From assembly GCF_020745735.1 (NCBI RefSeq), contig NC_083448.1, positions 6,260,006 through 6,324,005 on the forward strand: a stretch of DNA of 64,000 nt. Direction: 5' to 3'. This DNA is from Hemiscyllium ocellatum (taxonomy: Eukaryota). This document shows, one piece after another, positions 24,595 to 37,427 of the stretch (positions are counted from its first letter, which is position 1; every line of letters begins with the position of its first letter). Below the pieces are notes generated by a model. The model did not search any database. It saw nothing but the letters and a program-made list of their open reading frames with translations, and was not told where the DNA came from. Both the position numbers and the translations under genes were made by a program.

Positions 24595-24922
24595 TAGAAC
24601 ATAGAACAGTACAGCACAGAAGAGGCCCTTCAGCCCACAATGTTGTGCTGACCGTTGATCCTCATGTATGAACCCTCAAATTTCTGTGATCATATGCATG
24701 TCTAGCAGTCTCTTAAATATCCCCAATGACCTCGCTTCCACAACTGCTGGCAACGCATTCCATGCTCTCACAACTCTGTGTAAAGAACCCGCCTCTGACA
24801 TCCTCTCTATACTTTCTGGCGAACAGCTTAAAACTATGACCCCTCGTGTTAACAGTTTCTGCCCTGGGAAAAAGTCTCTGGCTATCAACTCTATTTATGC
24901 CTCTCATTATCTTGTATACCTC
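24595..24922 (-). mobile_element. CR1 LINE 3' fragment
   Basis: EVYKIMRGINRVDSQRLFPRAETVNTRGHSFKL with a (TTCTATG)-type tail. Confidence 0.85.
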
Positions 24923-25649
24923 ACACTGATCCATGACTTGTACTTTATTTCAATGGGAACCATCTGAAGGTTGATTTCCGACGATCCCGACACTACATTG
25001 GCCTATCGCATTTCCATTTCTGTTTCTCTGAAGGAATGGTACACTTCAATCCAAGCTGGCAGGGGAATCGATGGCAATTGTTTCTCTGCCAGTAACAGTG
25101 TGCCTAGTGAAATTTATTCAGAAATAAGCCTCAAGGAATTGACACGCATCATGTTGCTCCTCCATGCTCCAACTGGACGATCATTTACAATTTGACATTG
25201 CTCATGGCACTGGAACGGATGAAACCTGGCTAAATCATATCGGTGTGTATGGCACAGAGAAGCCCTCAACTCACCTGGACACAAGGTTATCAGGTTACTA
25301 GTTAATGGCTAGCTCTCTTTTTAAATAAGCATTTTGCAATATAGCCTTGTACCTTGCCACTGGTTACCAGGAATCCATCAAACTGTGTGTGTCACACCTT
25401 TGAAGACTTCAGTTCCATAGGCCCTGCGAATAGAAAATTCCAATGGTTCACAGCCCTCTGAATGAAAAGAAATTCTACGTATCTCCCTCCTAAATGGCAT
25501 CCTTTTTAAAAAAATTCTGCCCTTTGGTTCTAGACTTGCCGATCAGGGGAACATCTTAGCTGCATCTACCCCATCCATCCATTAAGTATTTTACAGATTT
25601 CAGTGAGATCACCTTTCATTCTCCAAAAGCCTAAGCATTTTATACATAC

Positions 25650-26140
25650 AAAAACCATTGAAGTTAGCATGACAGATTGATAAAATGGTTAAAAGGGCAT
25701 CAGCTTTGTAAATCGAGGCAAAGATGAGAGGAACAGGGAGGAAATTATGAATTATTGGTTTGGCCTCACCTGGGGAAGTGTGTCCAGTTCTGGGCGCTGC
25801 AGTGTAGAATTAAGGCTTTAGGGAAGATGCAGAATACTTTTATGAGTAGTTACAGGGATCAGAAGATCAATTGCGTGGATAGATTGAAGAAACTATTCTC
25901 AAGAGACAAGAACGTCGAAAGGAGATTTGATTACATGCTCAAAATCATGAGACATCTGCACAGTTTCGATGGGGAGAACTTTGGGGGAAGGGTCAACAAC
26001 CAGAGAATGTGAATTTAAAGTGATTGGTAAAAGAAGCCATGGGGACATAAAGTAGAACTTGTTTTGTTCATCGAATGGGTAGAATCTGGAATGTGCTACC
26101 TGAGAGGGTGGTGGAAGCAAAATCAAAGGATTTCAAAAAA
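25650..26140 (+). mobile_element. CR1 LINE fragment
   Basis: LVWPHLGKCVQFWA remnant. Confidence 0.65.
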
Positions 26141-26159
26141 CATTTTACTTAAAAGTTCA

Positions 26160-26895
26160 CATCGCTGGCTGGGCCAGCATTCATGACACTTGAGAAGGTG
26201 GTGGTAGATTGCCAACTTGAACCGCTGCAGTCAAGTTGCTGTAGGTAGACCCACAGTGCCATTGGGGAGAGAGTTCCAGGATTTTAACCATGCAATACTA
26301 AAAGAACAGAGATATGTTTCAAGTCAGGATGGTGAGTGGCTTCGAGGGGAGCTTGAAGCTTGATACAAGGTGGTGTTCCCTTGTATCTACTGCCCTTGTC
26401 CTTCTAAACCCATAATCACTATCATGTCGAAGGAGCCTTGGTGAATTTCTGTCGTGCATCTTGTGTATGGTGGACAACGCTACTGAGTGTGGGTGGTGGA
26501 AGGAGCGGATGTTTGTGGACGTGGTTCCATTGTGGTACAAAGGCTGCTTTGTCCTCATTGGTGCCGAGCTTCATAAGTGTTGTAGGAGCTCCACTCATTC
26601 AGGCCAATGTGAAGTATAACGTCATACCCATGATTCACACCTTGTATGTAATGGATGGTGTTTGGGGAGTCAGGAGGTGAGTTCGTTACTGCAGGGTTCC
26701 CAGCCCCTCTGACCTGCACTTGTAACCACAGTATTAATAAGCCTGGACCAGTTCCACTTCAGGTCAATGGGAACCTTGAAGAAATCGATAGTGGGAGGTT
26801 CAGTAATGGTGATGTCTTTGAATGTGAGAGGGAGACTATGGTCAGATTCTGTTTTGACGCTGCTGGTCATTGCCTGGCAACTGTGTGGTATGAAT
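26160..26895 (-). mobile_element. LINE 3' fragment, same family as 12190-13860
   Basis: Shared segments cttgagaaggtggtg, caagtcaggatggtgagtg and gggagtcaggaggtgagtt. Confidence 0.7.
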
Positions 26896-27287
26896 GTTTC
26901 AAAAGGGAATTAGATAAGTCCCTGAGGAGAGAAACTTGGCAGGACTAAGGGGTTAGAACAACGAGTGGGATGAGCAACGTTGTACCTGCAGAGAGTCATC
27001 GGGGATATAGTGTTCTGAATGCTTCCTCAGTGCTGTATGCAATCGATGATTCTTCAAAAATACACACTTAATGGCAAAATGGATACCTGTGCCACCATAT
27101 GTGCTCTGAACAACAGATTCCCAATTTTTAAATTTAATCTTTTCATAGGTGGCTGAACGATCAGTGGCGCAGCACCCTGGGTCCAGAAGGGGGCTAACTT
27201 GACCAAGTTTCCACTTCTGATTTTGATCCATTATGCCTGGAGATATCTGTTGAAGACAAGTTTTGGTTTGATGCAGTTAATAGTGTG

Positions 27288-28198
27288 AAGAAAGTGAGGA
27301 CTGCAGATGCTGGAGATGAGTGTTGAGAGTGTGGTGCTGGAAAAGCACAACAGGTCAGACAGCATCTGAGGAGCAGACGAATCAAAATTTCGGGCATAAG
27401 CCCTTCATCAGGAATGAGGCCTGTGGGCTGGGGCGGGAACTGAGATAAATGGGAGGGTGGGGGGGGGGGTGGATTGGAGGGAAGGTAGCTGAGAAAGCGA
27501 TAGATAGGTGAAGGAGAAGGTGATAGTTTGGAGAGGATAGCTGGGAAAGGTGAAGGACAGGTCAGGAGGGCAATGGTGAATTGGAGGCTTGGGACTGGAA
27601 TAATATTGGGGATATGGAAATGAGAAAACTGTTGAAATCCACGTTGATCCCATATGGTTGCAGGTTCCCAAGGTGGAATATGAGGCATTCTTTGTCCAGA
27701 CTTGGAGTCGTAAGAGTTTGGCAATGGAGGAGGACCTGGGCTGCATGGCATGGATGTCCGCTTCCCCTCCCACTTCGTCAATGACATGCAGGTCCTGGGC
27801 CGCCTCCATCGCCAAATCCTTACCACCCGGTGCCTGAAGGAAAAACACCTCATATTCCACCTTGGGATGCTGCAATCACAGGGGATCAGTGTGGATTTCA
27901 ACAGTTGCCTCATTTCTCCCCCCCCCCCCCCCCACATTACCCAAGTCCCAAGCCTCCAAATTGGCATTGCCCTCCCGACCTGTCCATCACCTTTCTGGGC
28001 TGTCCGCTCAACCCTCCTCTCCAACCTATCACCCTCTCCCTCATCTTCATCGCATTCTCAGCTTCACTCCCATATTTATCTCAGCTTCCCAGCTCACATG
28101 CCTTATTCCTGATGGTGGGCTTATGCCTGAAACGTCGATTCTCCTGCTCCTCGGATGCTGCATGACCTGCTGTGCTTTTCCAGCACCACACACTCAAC
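27288..28198. mobile_element. Long fold-back Penelope-derived element retaining the endonuclease C-terminus in both arms
   Basis: Inverted arms. Plus arm encodes ...LKEKHLIFHLGMLQSQGISVDFNS (PLE GIY-YIG C-terminal region). Hammerhead-like CTGATGAAGGGCTTATGCCCGAAA on minus (27411-27388) and a decayed copy near 28109-28137. Confidence 0.8.
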
Positions 28199-28476
28199 GC
28201 AGTTAGAGTGACAATTTGTGACTGCAAGTTAGGTTAGGCAATAGAATTTACTTTAGTATGTTGACTGAAAAACAATAGGGTCCAGGATATGGAATTAATC
28301 TTTAATGCAAGGGTTTTGTCAGTTGTTCCTTGCTATCAACGTGTATGAGAGAGTGAGTTTATTTCCACAAGCTTTCCGAGCATGTTAGAGCAGAAGTCCT
28401 TCTTAATTCTCTGAACGCAAACTGTAACATTGACTGTGATGTGAGCAATGTTTAATTATGATGTCTTCTTTTGCAG

Positions 28477-28520
28477 AAAACATTCACTCCCAACATCATC
28501 AGCAGGAAAGTTAAGGAAGA
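28477..28520 (+). CDS. POLR3D: RPC4 coding exon 2
   Basis: KTFTPNIISRKVKE(E), flanked by ttgcag and gtgagt. Confidence 0.95.
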
Positions 28521-30660
28521 GTGAGTATATGTTTGCTTCAAGCAATTTGTGATATAGTTTTAAAATTCACTTTAGTGGTAATGAAAATGTTTCAATTAGT
28601 AAGTTATCCACAAGGACTAGGGGAGCACGTGCAGAGCTGTGGGTCAGTGCACATGACCTCCATTTGTCTGCAGTCACCACCAGAGACTGAAAGTTTCTCA
28701 GATCATAAAATAAAAAATATCCACGAGGGGGAGCTTGGTACCCCCGACTTGCCTGCTGGGACAAGTGGTTGCGTACATTGTATAGAAACTGTGACAGTCT
28801 CCCATCACTCATTGTCAGTGTTATTTTCTCTGAAAGATCCACTTACACGTTTTGAAATGAGTTGAAGGGAATGTACATTCAAAATCAGAAAATGGTGCAG
28901 ATTAGGCTCCTTGGTCAAAGGACAAAATGAGATATTGACTGTACCTGTGCAAGAAGACCTGAGAATGTCTTGTACATTCCTAAATGTATTCTTGGAAGGT
29001 GTGGAGTGCACACTTTGACTGAAATCTCAGTTAAAATTATTGCAGAAAGACTGAATTGAGAAAGAGGCAATCTAAAAGATCCTTCAGTTCTGATTAAACT
29101 CAAGGCCACTCTGGGTATGGTTCATTTTTACACGTTTGACAGAATTATCATAACAAGGACAGGGTAAAGATGCTTAATTTAGGCAATGGTTCAGTCAGTC
29201 AGTGTTGGACACTCACCTTATGACTTCAGGCTGACTGGACACATCTCTTGACTGAAGCGTTTCTGTCTTCTCTTATTGCTGTGTTTTGGACTGCTATAAA
29301 TTGATGATTGTTCACCTTAACTGGCCACTAGTCCTGTACATAACCTTTGCTCAGACAGTACATGATCAGTGGTGCAATTCTAATTAACTTACCAACGCAT
29401 TAACAGCACAAAATTCATCTGTTTGAGTTAACACTGCATGCCAATTCCTCATCAGTTTTTCAAGTGTGATGTGATATCGTTAAGATGACCCTTATTCTAT
29501 CTCGTGACTGGTTCCCAGCAATGTCAGTCAATTGTGGTCTCCTCAATTTTTCCTGTTTAAGTTTACAGATGTCCTCTGAGATGGAGGCACCTGCTTAAAG
29601 TATATATAGGATAATATCCTAATGAGTAATATCATCTTCTCAGTCTAATTGATCTCAACGCTCTGGAGAGTTCCAAATCCCATCGCTAAACTTTATCGAA
29701 AAGAACCCTTTGCTAAAGCGACTTCACAATAACTGCTGCTGCCTGGGACAAGTTAACAAAATAAATCACTATTTATTTTCTGGGCATTACATATTTACAA
29801 GTAATCTCATTAGACCTCACCATATTACTGTAGCATACCAAGTAGAATATATATTTATGAAATATGTACCTGTCATATTCATGGAAACATTATTAATACC
29901 ACAGACCTTCCTTTTGACCTGAATCATGTGGTCATTCTCACTGACAAGATAACATGTACATTGACCACAGATAAACCAAATATAATATGAATGCTTTGCA
30001 TGCTTGATCATTACAAAACTCAACTCAAATTAACTGTTTAAAATTGCACTCAAACCCATGCCTAACACCGCCTTCACAATCTTTCTCGAGTGAATGCATA
30101 CATGTTAAATGTCTGCATTTCAGGCATGAGAATAACTGTTGTTGTGGCACAGTGCAGTGACAGGCTTTCTGCTCTGTCTGCCTGAGCCATGTGTGGAGAG
30201 AGCACTTGGAGCTGGCTCGTACTGGGATAAATACTGGCAAGGACAAGAGTGTGGGTGGATGAAGTCTGAGATTCAGAGCATGTTGGTTTCAGTAGTTTTC
30301 AATAATGTATTAGAAATGCAGCGAGTGAGGACATGGGTGTTAGGAAGCTGAATTTAATGTTGGGTTGAGATTATGCCAGAACAAGTTTTCCTTGTGTTGG
30401 ATGCTTTTAGTTTACCTCGTTTCTGGATTTCCTGCTGTGATTACTCCTCTGCTCCATGTGCTGGCGTCAGGTGAAAGACTAGTATGCGCACAACCCAGAT
30501 CCATAGGGCTGCTGAAGGTGGTCAATCACATCTTGCCGACCTACTGACTGACATCAGTCCCCTTTCACATGAAAGATGTGCTTTTGGTTGAGGGTTTCTG
30601 ACTCGCAGCGCTCACTTGCATCACTTGATGTTTCGATGCTCAAATTTGCTTTGCTTACAG

Positions 30661-30815
30661 ACCAAAGGAGGACGATGCCTCTCAGAGGAAAGAGAAGAAA
30701 GAACGAGACAAGGATCGCCAGAGAGAGACACGAGGCAGGGGAAGAGGCAGACCTGAGACAATTCAATCCCACTCCATCTTTGAGCAGGGACCCGCTGAAA
30801 TGATGAAGAAAAGAG
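30661..30815 (+). CDS. POLR3D: RPC4 coding exon 3
   Basis: PKEDDASQRKEKKERDKDRQRETRGRGRGRPETIQSHSIFEQGPAEMMKKR, with AG/GT boundaries in phase. Confidence 0.95.
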
Positions 30816-31948
30816 GTGAGACACAGGAAAGGGAACACTCATTGAGCTTTCCAGTTTACATCCATAGAATTGTGCACCATAGGAAGCAGGAGCAATTTGG
30901 CCTCCTGGGTTGGGGCCTGCTCTTCCAAACAACAATCAAGTCAATTGGTCTCCCCCCACCGTTCCTTGGATTTGTCATATTTTAAATATTTAATCCAATT
31001 CTGTTGTCAAAACTTTGTGCTGGGTGTCCAAAAACATAATTGTTTTTTCTGTGAGATTTTTCATGACTCCCAGTTCATTCGCTAGCACCTTTTAATGTGT
31101 GCCCTCTATTTATTGATTCCTCACCTCCTGGAAACAGTTACTCTTCGTTTAATGGATATAAATCTTTCACACCTTGTGCTTCAGCACTGCAGCATGTACT
31201 CCTGTGGGTGCAGTGCATTCCAGTACAGAAGCTGGTTATTTGCTCTTATCTACTTAAGTCAAGTCTTAGACAGGGCTGCACTAGCCCTAGCTCTGGCATT
31301 ACAGAATTCAAATTGACCAAGATATAATACATTAAGTTCAAGTTCCTGCAGACTGTTGGGCATCACCGACAGGCCACAGGCTTTATTTGCTTTCATTCTT
31401 GGATGCCTCCACTGTGTTCCTGCTCCTCCTCCCTGTCATTTGTGCTCAGGAATGAAGTATAACAGCACAAGTACATGTTGGGGGGAACTCTGTGGGGCTC
31501 AGTGGTGGCTTTCCTTTGTCACTTCTATCTTTTTATTCATCTTTTCAGAGATTCCATTCCAAGCTGCAACTTTGAGCTGGCCTTCACACTGTGGAGAGGA
31601 AGCATGTGTTAGTGAGACTATGCAATACTGCTGTGGAAAGGGCAGGAACAGAACATTGCAGGGAAATGCCACTCGGGGGTTTTGCTTTGTCCCACTGTGA
31701 TTTTGGGCAGCCTCAAAACAATGAATGGCCGGCAAACTTGGCCACCAGAAATAATTCAGAGCTAAATGGAGCTCACCATCTCTGACACCAACCAACCCAT
31801 CCTGGAACAAACAGGACACGTTCTAAATTATTACAGCATGTAAAACAATCAATTTGTCTGGAATTAGCAATTAATGACCTGCGATCTATTTTATATTTCT
31901 CTTATTTATTTGATTTTCTCTTGGTGTATCTCTCATTTTTCTTCAAAG

Positions 31949-32073
31949 CTGGTTGGGATTCCTCGATGGATATGAAGGAGTTTGGAACATCCCCAATTAT
32001 TAACATAAAGAAGGAAAAGCGTGAGTCTGAAGAGGAAACCAAGCAGATTCTCCGCATGCTGGACCGTGATGAC
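31949..32073 (+). CDS. POLR3D: RPC4 coding exon 4
   Basis: GWDSSMDMKEFGTSPIINIKKEKRESEEETKQILRMLDRDD; donor gtaagc. Confidence 0.95.
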
Positions 32074-32755
32074 GTAAGCAACGGCTTGGGCGACTACAGT
32101 CATGTGTTTTCTAGTGCCTTCGATCTAGGGCTTGGACATTCATGCCGGACATGGGTGGGATTGAGATTGGAGGTTATTTTACGAAATGTGTGTGTCTCGA
32201 TGCGAGTGCAGATCAGGAAGCCTATGATTGATTCTGGGACTGTGTCAAGTTAATTAGTCTCGACTGTAACAGTTGGTCTTTGACCCTTGAAATAAAAAGG
32301 TGAGGACAATGAGGTGAGAGAGAAGGTCACAGCTGTTAGCTAGTGGCATGTATAGGCATCAATGGAAGACCAGTATTAGGTTCACCTCTCTCACACTGTT
32401 GGCAGAATACCTTGCTTACAGTTACCATCGAGTCCCGTGCTTAGACAAGACACACCTATTAGACCTGTGGCACCATAGAGCTTGTGCCCTTGAGAAGGGA
32501 CAGCGTTTTGTCTGAATAAGAATTATTCTGGAATTGGACATCAGGGCCATTAGTTAATTTAGAATAGATAACTCATATTTGGGAACTTGGTGCAAATCAG
32601 TTTCAGTTATAGATAATATGAAGTCAAAGGGAAACCTCTGACTGTTCGCTCTCTTACATTCTGCATTCCTTTTCAATCTGAGCCATTCATGTAGTCATTA
32701 TTTTAATTTTTGTTGTGTGTTACCCATTCCACTGAGTGCTTTTCTTTGTGTGTAG

Positions 32756-32921
32756 TTTATTGATGATCCTGGTCTGAGAAACGATGCCCGGAACATGCCT
32801 GTCCAGCTCCCGCTGGCACAGTCAGGCAGGCTGTTCAAGGAGGAAGTGGAGGATGAGGAGATGAAACCTGCACTGCTGACCAAGGAGGAGAAGATGGAGG
32901 TGGATGTCCCCTCTGTGAAAA
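32756..32921 (+). CDS. POLR3D: RPC4 coding exon 5
   Basis: FIDDPGLRNDARNMPVQLPLAQSGRLFKEE...MEVDVPSVK; donor gtgagt. Confidence 0.95.
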
Positions 32922-33312
32922 GTGAGTATGACAACACATACTGCCATTGTTGTAGAGAATGTGAGGCTGTGGGAATTATACCGAGTTAATGATGATGGGA
33001 GACCGGGAGGAGCCTTTCAGAATGGAAAGGAAGGGAATGAGTTGTTAAATAGTTTATTATCCGAACTAGTGAGCCTGTAAGAGTCACCACACCATTAAGT
33101 CATTGAGTGAATGCAATCATATTCAAATGTGATAAGTATCTCCCACGTGTAGAAGATATTACTTGTACTTTAAGGTGCCTTTCCTTAGATCAGACACATT
33201 CAAGTGCTTTTATAGCCAATTAAGTGATTTTGAAGTATTGTTGCTGTCGTAATGTCGGAATCACAGCTGCCACCTGTGACTGACTGGATAATATGTCATG
33301 ATTTGGAGAAGT

Positions 33313-33347
33313 CACCTGATGAAGGAGCAGCACTCCGAAAGCTAGTG
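33313..33347 (+). ncRNA. Minimal type-I hammerhead ribozyme motif in a Penelope-derived repeat fragment (~33297-33382)
   Basis: CAC-CUGAUGA-A-GGAG(CAGCA)CUCC-GAAA-GCUA-GUG has stem I CAC/GUG, a 4-bp stem II and a palindromic stem III AGCU. Confidence 0.6.
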
Positions 33348-33705
33348 TTCCCAATTAAACCTGGTGTTGTGTGATTTTTAACTGAATAATATGTATTGGT
33401 GATTTTAGTAGCTAGATAAATATTGGTCCACTCTTAACTCCTACTGGTAACTGGAAAAGAATCTGAAACAGTTGTGAGTGGCACGACAGCTGCTCGCATC
33501 ACTTTTCCTGATTCCAGATGGCAAAAGTGCATCGGTTAAGTTTTAAAACCTTGTTTTATGAGTGATATATTCCTCAAAATGGACGGCAAATTTATGACAA
33601 AGTTAAAGGAGAAAATGCATTGAGAAATCATTTGAAAATGAAGGTGTCGACTACAGCCTTCCTTAATGGAACAAATTATTATCTGCCTGTGGAGACTAAA
33701 ACTCT

Positions 33706-33778
33706 GCCTGGTTAGCTCAGTTGGTAGTTAATCAGACTCTTAATCCCATGGTCATGACCTTGAATACTAAACTGGGTG
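33706..33778 (+). pseudogene. tRNA-Lys(CTT)-derived pseudogene
   Basis: 73 nt, GCCTGGTTAGCTCAGTTGGTAG...AGACTCTTAATC...CTGGGTG, colinear with tRNA-Lys. A-box intact, T-arm/B-box degenerate, followed by an A9 run. Confidence 0.75.
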
Positions 33779-34965
33779 ATTTAAAAAAAAAGCTTCTTGT
33801 GTTATTTCAGTACATAATAAATTGTTCTGTAGTACAGAACTTGAGTGTTGCTAAGAAAACTCCTTCTTGATGAATGCTGTTGAAGAGCCCAAAAGAAGTT
33901 CTATATATTGCACAAAGAAGTAATGCGGTATATGAATTTGAGTGTTGGTGTGATGCTAGCTACGTAGGCTGTATACCCCAAAGACTGGTGGATCGTCACA
34001 AATAGCTTATCCCTTTGGTTGTTTGAAGAAGTAAGGTACTGACGACATCCAATCAGCCCATACTTGGAATACTTTCAACAAAGTCTCCAACATTAGGTGT
34101 GATTCTGCATTTGGGCAAAATATGTCGTGTAATCCTGAGTATACAAAGGATTAAACTGACAACCAAAATTGTCAGTCCACTTTGTAGGATGGCACATTAA
34201 TATATATGTGAGCTGCAAACAGTAATACACAGTGCCCTATTTTATGCAGTTAGAAAGAATATGTATGTACACTGTACCCTTTTTCAACTCAACAACATAG
34301 GTGACAACCTGTCACTGATTCAAATCTCAGGGCAGCGCCCTGACTCATTAGTCAACTGGCCTGGTTTAAAATTTAAATAAAGTCTGACTGTTAACTGTCA
34401 ATCATAATTGGTTGCTGCATTCTCTATGACAATGCCTGTACCAACTAGCTTACACTTGGCAGCTAATCAGTGCACTTAAGTCATGAAGTTTTCTCACCTC
34501 CACCCCCTTTTGAATTGTGAATTGTCCTGCTGAATGCAAGACAAAGCATTTGGACAAAATGTGCCTTTTTTCCAGGAATAATTTTGAGACAAGGTCGACT
34601 TGACACATTTCTTCAAGATCCATTTTGTTCCAATATGAAATGTCGTAGCTGACAGGTCCATTTGTAGGCATCTTCCTGTTCTCACTTTGTTGTGGCTTTG
34701 CTATCCAGATCATCATTTTGAGGTATACTTTCGGGTGGACTGTGCAGTAGGTTCAACACTAACATCTGCATCACCATACATCTATGTGTGGGAAATGCTG
34801 TCCAAGTATTGTTACTGAGTCAAGGTTAGGAGATCAGCAAGATCTCCTCCAATTTTGTTTGAATAAAGTTGTGACAAGTTCAATAGCCAGCTAAGAGGGT
34901 AAATGAAAGACAGCACTTCTGACTCTGCCTGAGTACTGCACCATGTCTGTTAACCTTGATAATTT

Positions 34966-35273
34966 GATTAGATTACTTAGTGTGGAAACAGGCCCTTCGG
35001 CCCAACAAGTCCACACCGACCCGCCGAAGCGCAACCCACCCAGACCCCTACATATACCCCTTACCTAACACTACGGGCAATTTAGCATGGCCAATTCACC
35101 TGACCCACACATCTTTGTGACTGTGGGAGGAAACCGGAGCACCCGGAGGAAACCCACGCAGACACGGGGAGAACGTGCAAACTCCACACGGTCAGTCGCC
35201 TGAGGCGGGAATTGAACCCAGGTCCCTGGCGCTGTGAGGCAGCAGTGCTAACCACTGTGCCACCGTGCCACCC
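34966..35273 (-). mobile_element. Full-length HE1/V-SINE-type SINE
   Basis: Minus strand has a tRNA-like head GGGTGGCACGGTGGCACAGTGGTTAGCACTGCTGCCTCACAGCGCCAGGGACCTGGGTTCAATTCC, a central GTGTGGAGTTTGCACGTTCTCCCCGTGTCTGCGTGGGTTTCCTCC and a (TAATC)-type tail. Confidence 0.92.
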
Positions 35274-35543
35274 AGTTCTAGAGGGGTACTTGAACCTCAA
35301 AACTCTGATCGAGGCAAGAGTGATAATCCAGCGATGTTTAAGTATTAACTCGCTCCCTTGGTTGGGTTTTTGAAGAGTAGCTCCATTGAAGAGTGGAGTG
35401 TGAAAAAAACCAGAAATTATTTTTTTCCAATCTTTCCAAATATTGCTCTGACCAGAGAACAGAGTTCTGCCTGTGCTTTATCTGTGGTTTATGTATTAAA
35501 ATCTATCCAATAAAGTCACTTAGAATCATTGCTTTGTTTTCAG

Positions 35544-35806
35544 TTAAGGATGAACCCGGAGTTGCCAAAGAAATGCAGATGTCGCCGAATCCAAGTGCGA
35601 CGAAGATGATCCAGGATGTGCCAAAGGAGCTTTCAGTATCTGAGCTGCTGCAAGAGCTGAGTCTGTGTAAAGATGATGAGCTTCTGTTTCTGCAGCTACC
35701 TGACACACTCCCTGGCCAGGCTCCCACACGTGATGAGAAGCCAGTAAAAGCGGAGGTTCAGGCTGATGATGGCCAGACTATGCTGCTGAAGCAAGAGAAG
35801 GCTCAG
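35544..35806 (+). CDS. POLR3D: RPC4 coding exon 6
   Basis: KDEPGVAKEM...LSVSELLQELSLCKDDELLFLQLPDTLPGQAP...KQEKAQ; donor gtatgt. Confidence 0.95.
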
Positions 35807-35949
35807 GTATGTACTGGGGAACATCCAGTGACAATGCAGGGGCTACTCTGTTAATCTCCAGCCATTTCAAAAAATGGATCTATGCAATTCTGCTGTGGAT
35901 TGGAAAACTACCAATTGCAGTTCTGTTTTGTGATTAAAGTATGAAGTGC

Positions 35950-36270
35950 TGGGATATCCAGGGTGAGTTGAAGGTTGAAATTTAATTGAGAAATTCACAT
36001 ACAATATTAACACCCAGGGGAGAGGTTTGGCTAGGTTCAACTGAGGTTAACAGATATGCAAGAGTGTGTTTCAGTAGACTGGATACTCGGAGGAGAATAC
36101 AGGTGATTTATGTTTAAGTGATATATCCATGAATAAGTTACAGAATGGAATCTAATCAAGGAGTTCACGTGGTTTACATATTGATGAACAGAAACTCAGA
36201 AGTGAATTACATGTTGAAATCTAATCGAGGGGTACAGGTGGCTTTATATATGGAATAGTTGATGCCTAGT
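35950..36270 (+). repeat. Decayed ~69-bp tandem repeat
   Basis: A recurring core (gagttacagaNtggaatctaatcgagg-like) at about 35965, 36135 and 36204. Confidence 0.5.
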
Positions 36271-36480
36271 AACGATGTTTATGTAAAAGATGAGCAGAGG
36301 AAATAAGATGCACTTTAAAGACATTTTCCAGCATTTTGGAATCCAATTAGTTTATTCCTTGTTTATTTTTCCTGGAACAGAAATACAAACTGTTATCTAA
36401 TGTGCTAGGAGCAATGGATGCTGCTTTTGGCCTAAGCCATATAGTTAATGGAACTGTCGTATAATGCGTATGTCCTTCAG

Positions 36481-36633
36481 GAACTGAAACAAGCAGAGAA
36501 TTCCTGCTCGCTGATGGATTTAACTGAAGGTCAGATCGGAAAGCTGCTGATCAGAAAGTCGGGGAGAGTACAGCTTGTACTGGGACAGGTCACCCTCGAT
36601 GTCACCATGGGCACAACATGTTCGTTTCTCCAG
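36481..36633 (+). CDS. POLR3D: RPC4 coding exon 7
   Basis: ELKQAENSCSLMDLTEGQIGKLLIRKSGRVQLVLGQVTLDVTMGTTCSFLQ (RPC4 C-terminal domain). Confidence 0.97.
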
Positions 36634-37427
36634 GTATTTTACCCATGTTTTCCTAAGTAAGGAAGTTGTTCACTCTAAGTTTATTTTTTCCTGAGAAGAG
36701 TTCCCTAACTTGGATGTTTTGCTCAGAAATTTTGCTTTGCTAGGGCTCATGTTAATTTTGGAATACTATGATGATTGTGAGACTGAGTTTGTTACAAAAT
36801 GAATAATTTCCTCTCACTAAGTGTTATGAAGGCCGGTCCCCACTTCAAACTCCATTCCTTCTCAGGAGCAGCAGACTGAGATTAAGCCAGTCGGTTAACA
36901 ATCTTGGGTGTGACGTTTACCTCCAAGATTAATGTCACAATTTCCCCACCTCCATAACAGCACCTAGCTTCGCCACTGCCTCCGTTAACCTGCTGCAGAA
37001 ACCTTCATTCATGTCAGTTAGTTCGAGGCTTGACTATTCCAATGTGTACCTGGCAAGTCTCCCACATTTCACTCTACCTCTTGAGTCAGAAGGTGAAGGG
37101 TTCGAGTCCTACACCAGAAATGCTTGAGCATGTAAATCTGGGTTGACACTCCTGCGTAGTCAGTAGGAAGAGCTCCTGGAGCTGCTGCCTTTTAGAGGTG
37201 CGAATAGAGGGCCCTTCTGCCATTTCAGATGGATGTGAAAGCTGTCAAGGTATGCTTCGAGAAGGAACAGTGCAGGTATTACAAATGCAGATGTGTCAGC
37301 TGTGAACCATTTGGAGACGGGACATTGTGAAGGTCTCTTTGTTCTCACCGCCCTGCCTCGCAACAGCTGTGAAATTTCCACCTTGACCCTTGCACTCACT
37401 TGATTTCTGTTGTTGTCCTCCTTTAAG

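Noticed and set aside
33706-33778. Functional tRNA-Lys gene
   Set aside because: The D, anticodon and T stems are mispaired, and the B-box GTTCGA is lost.
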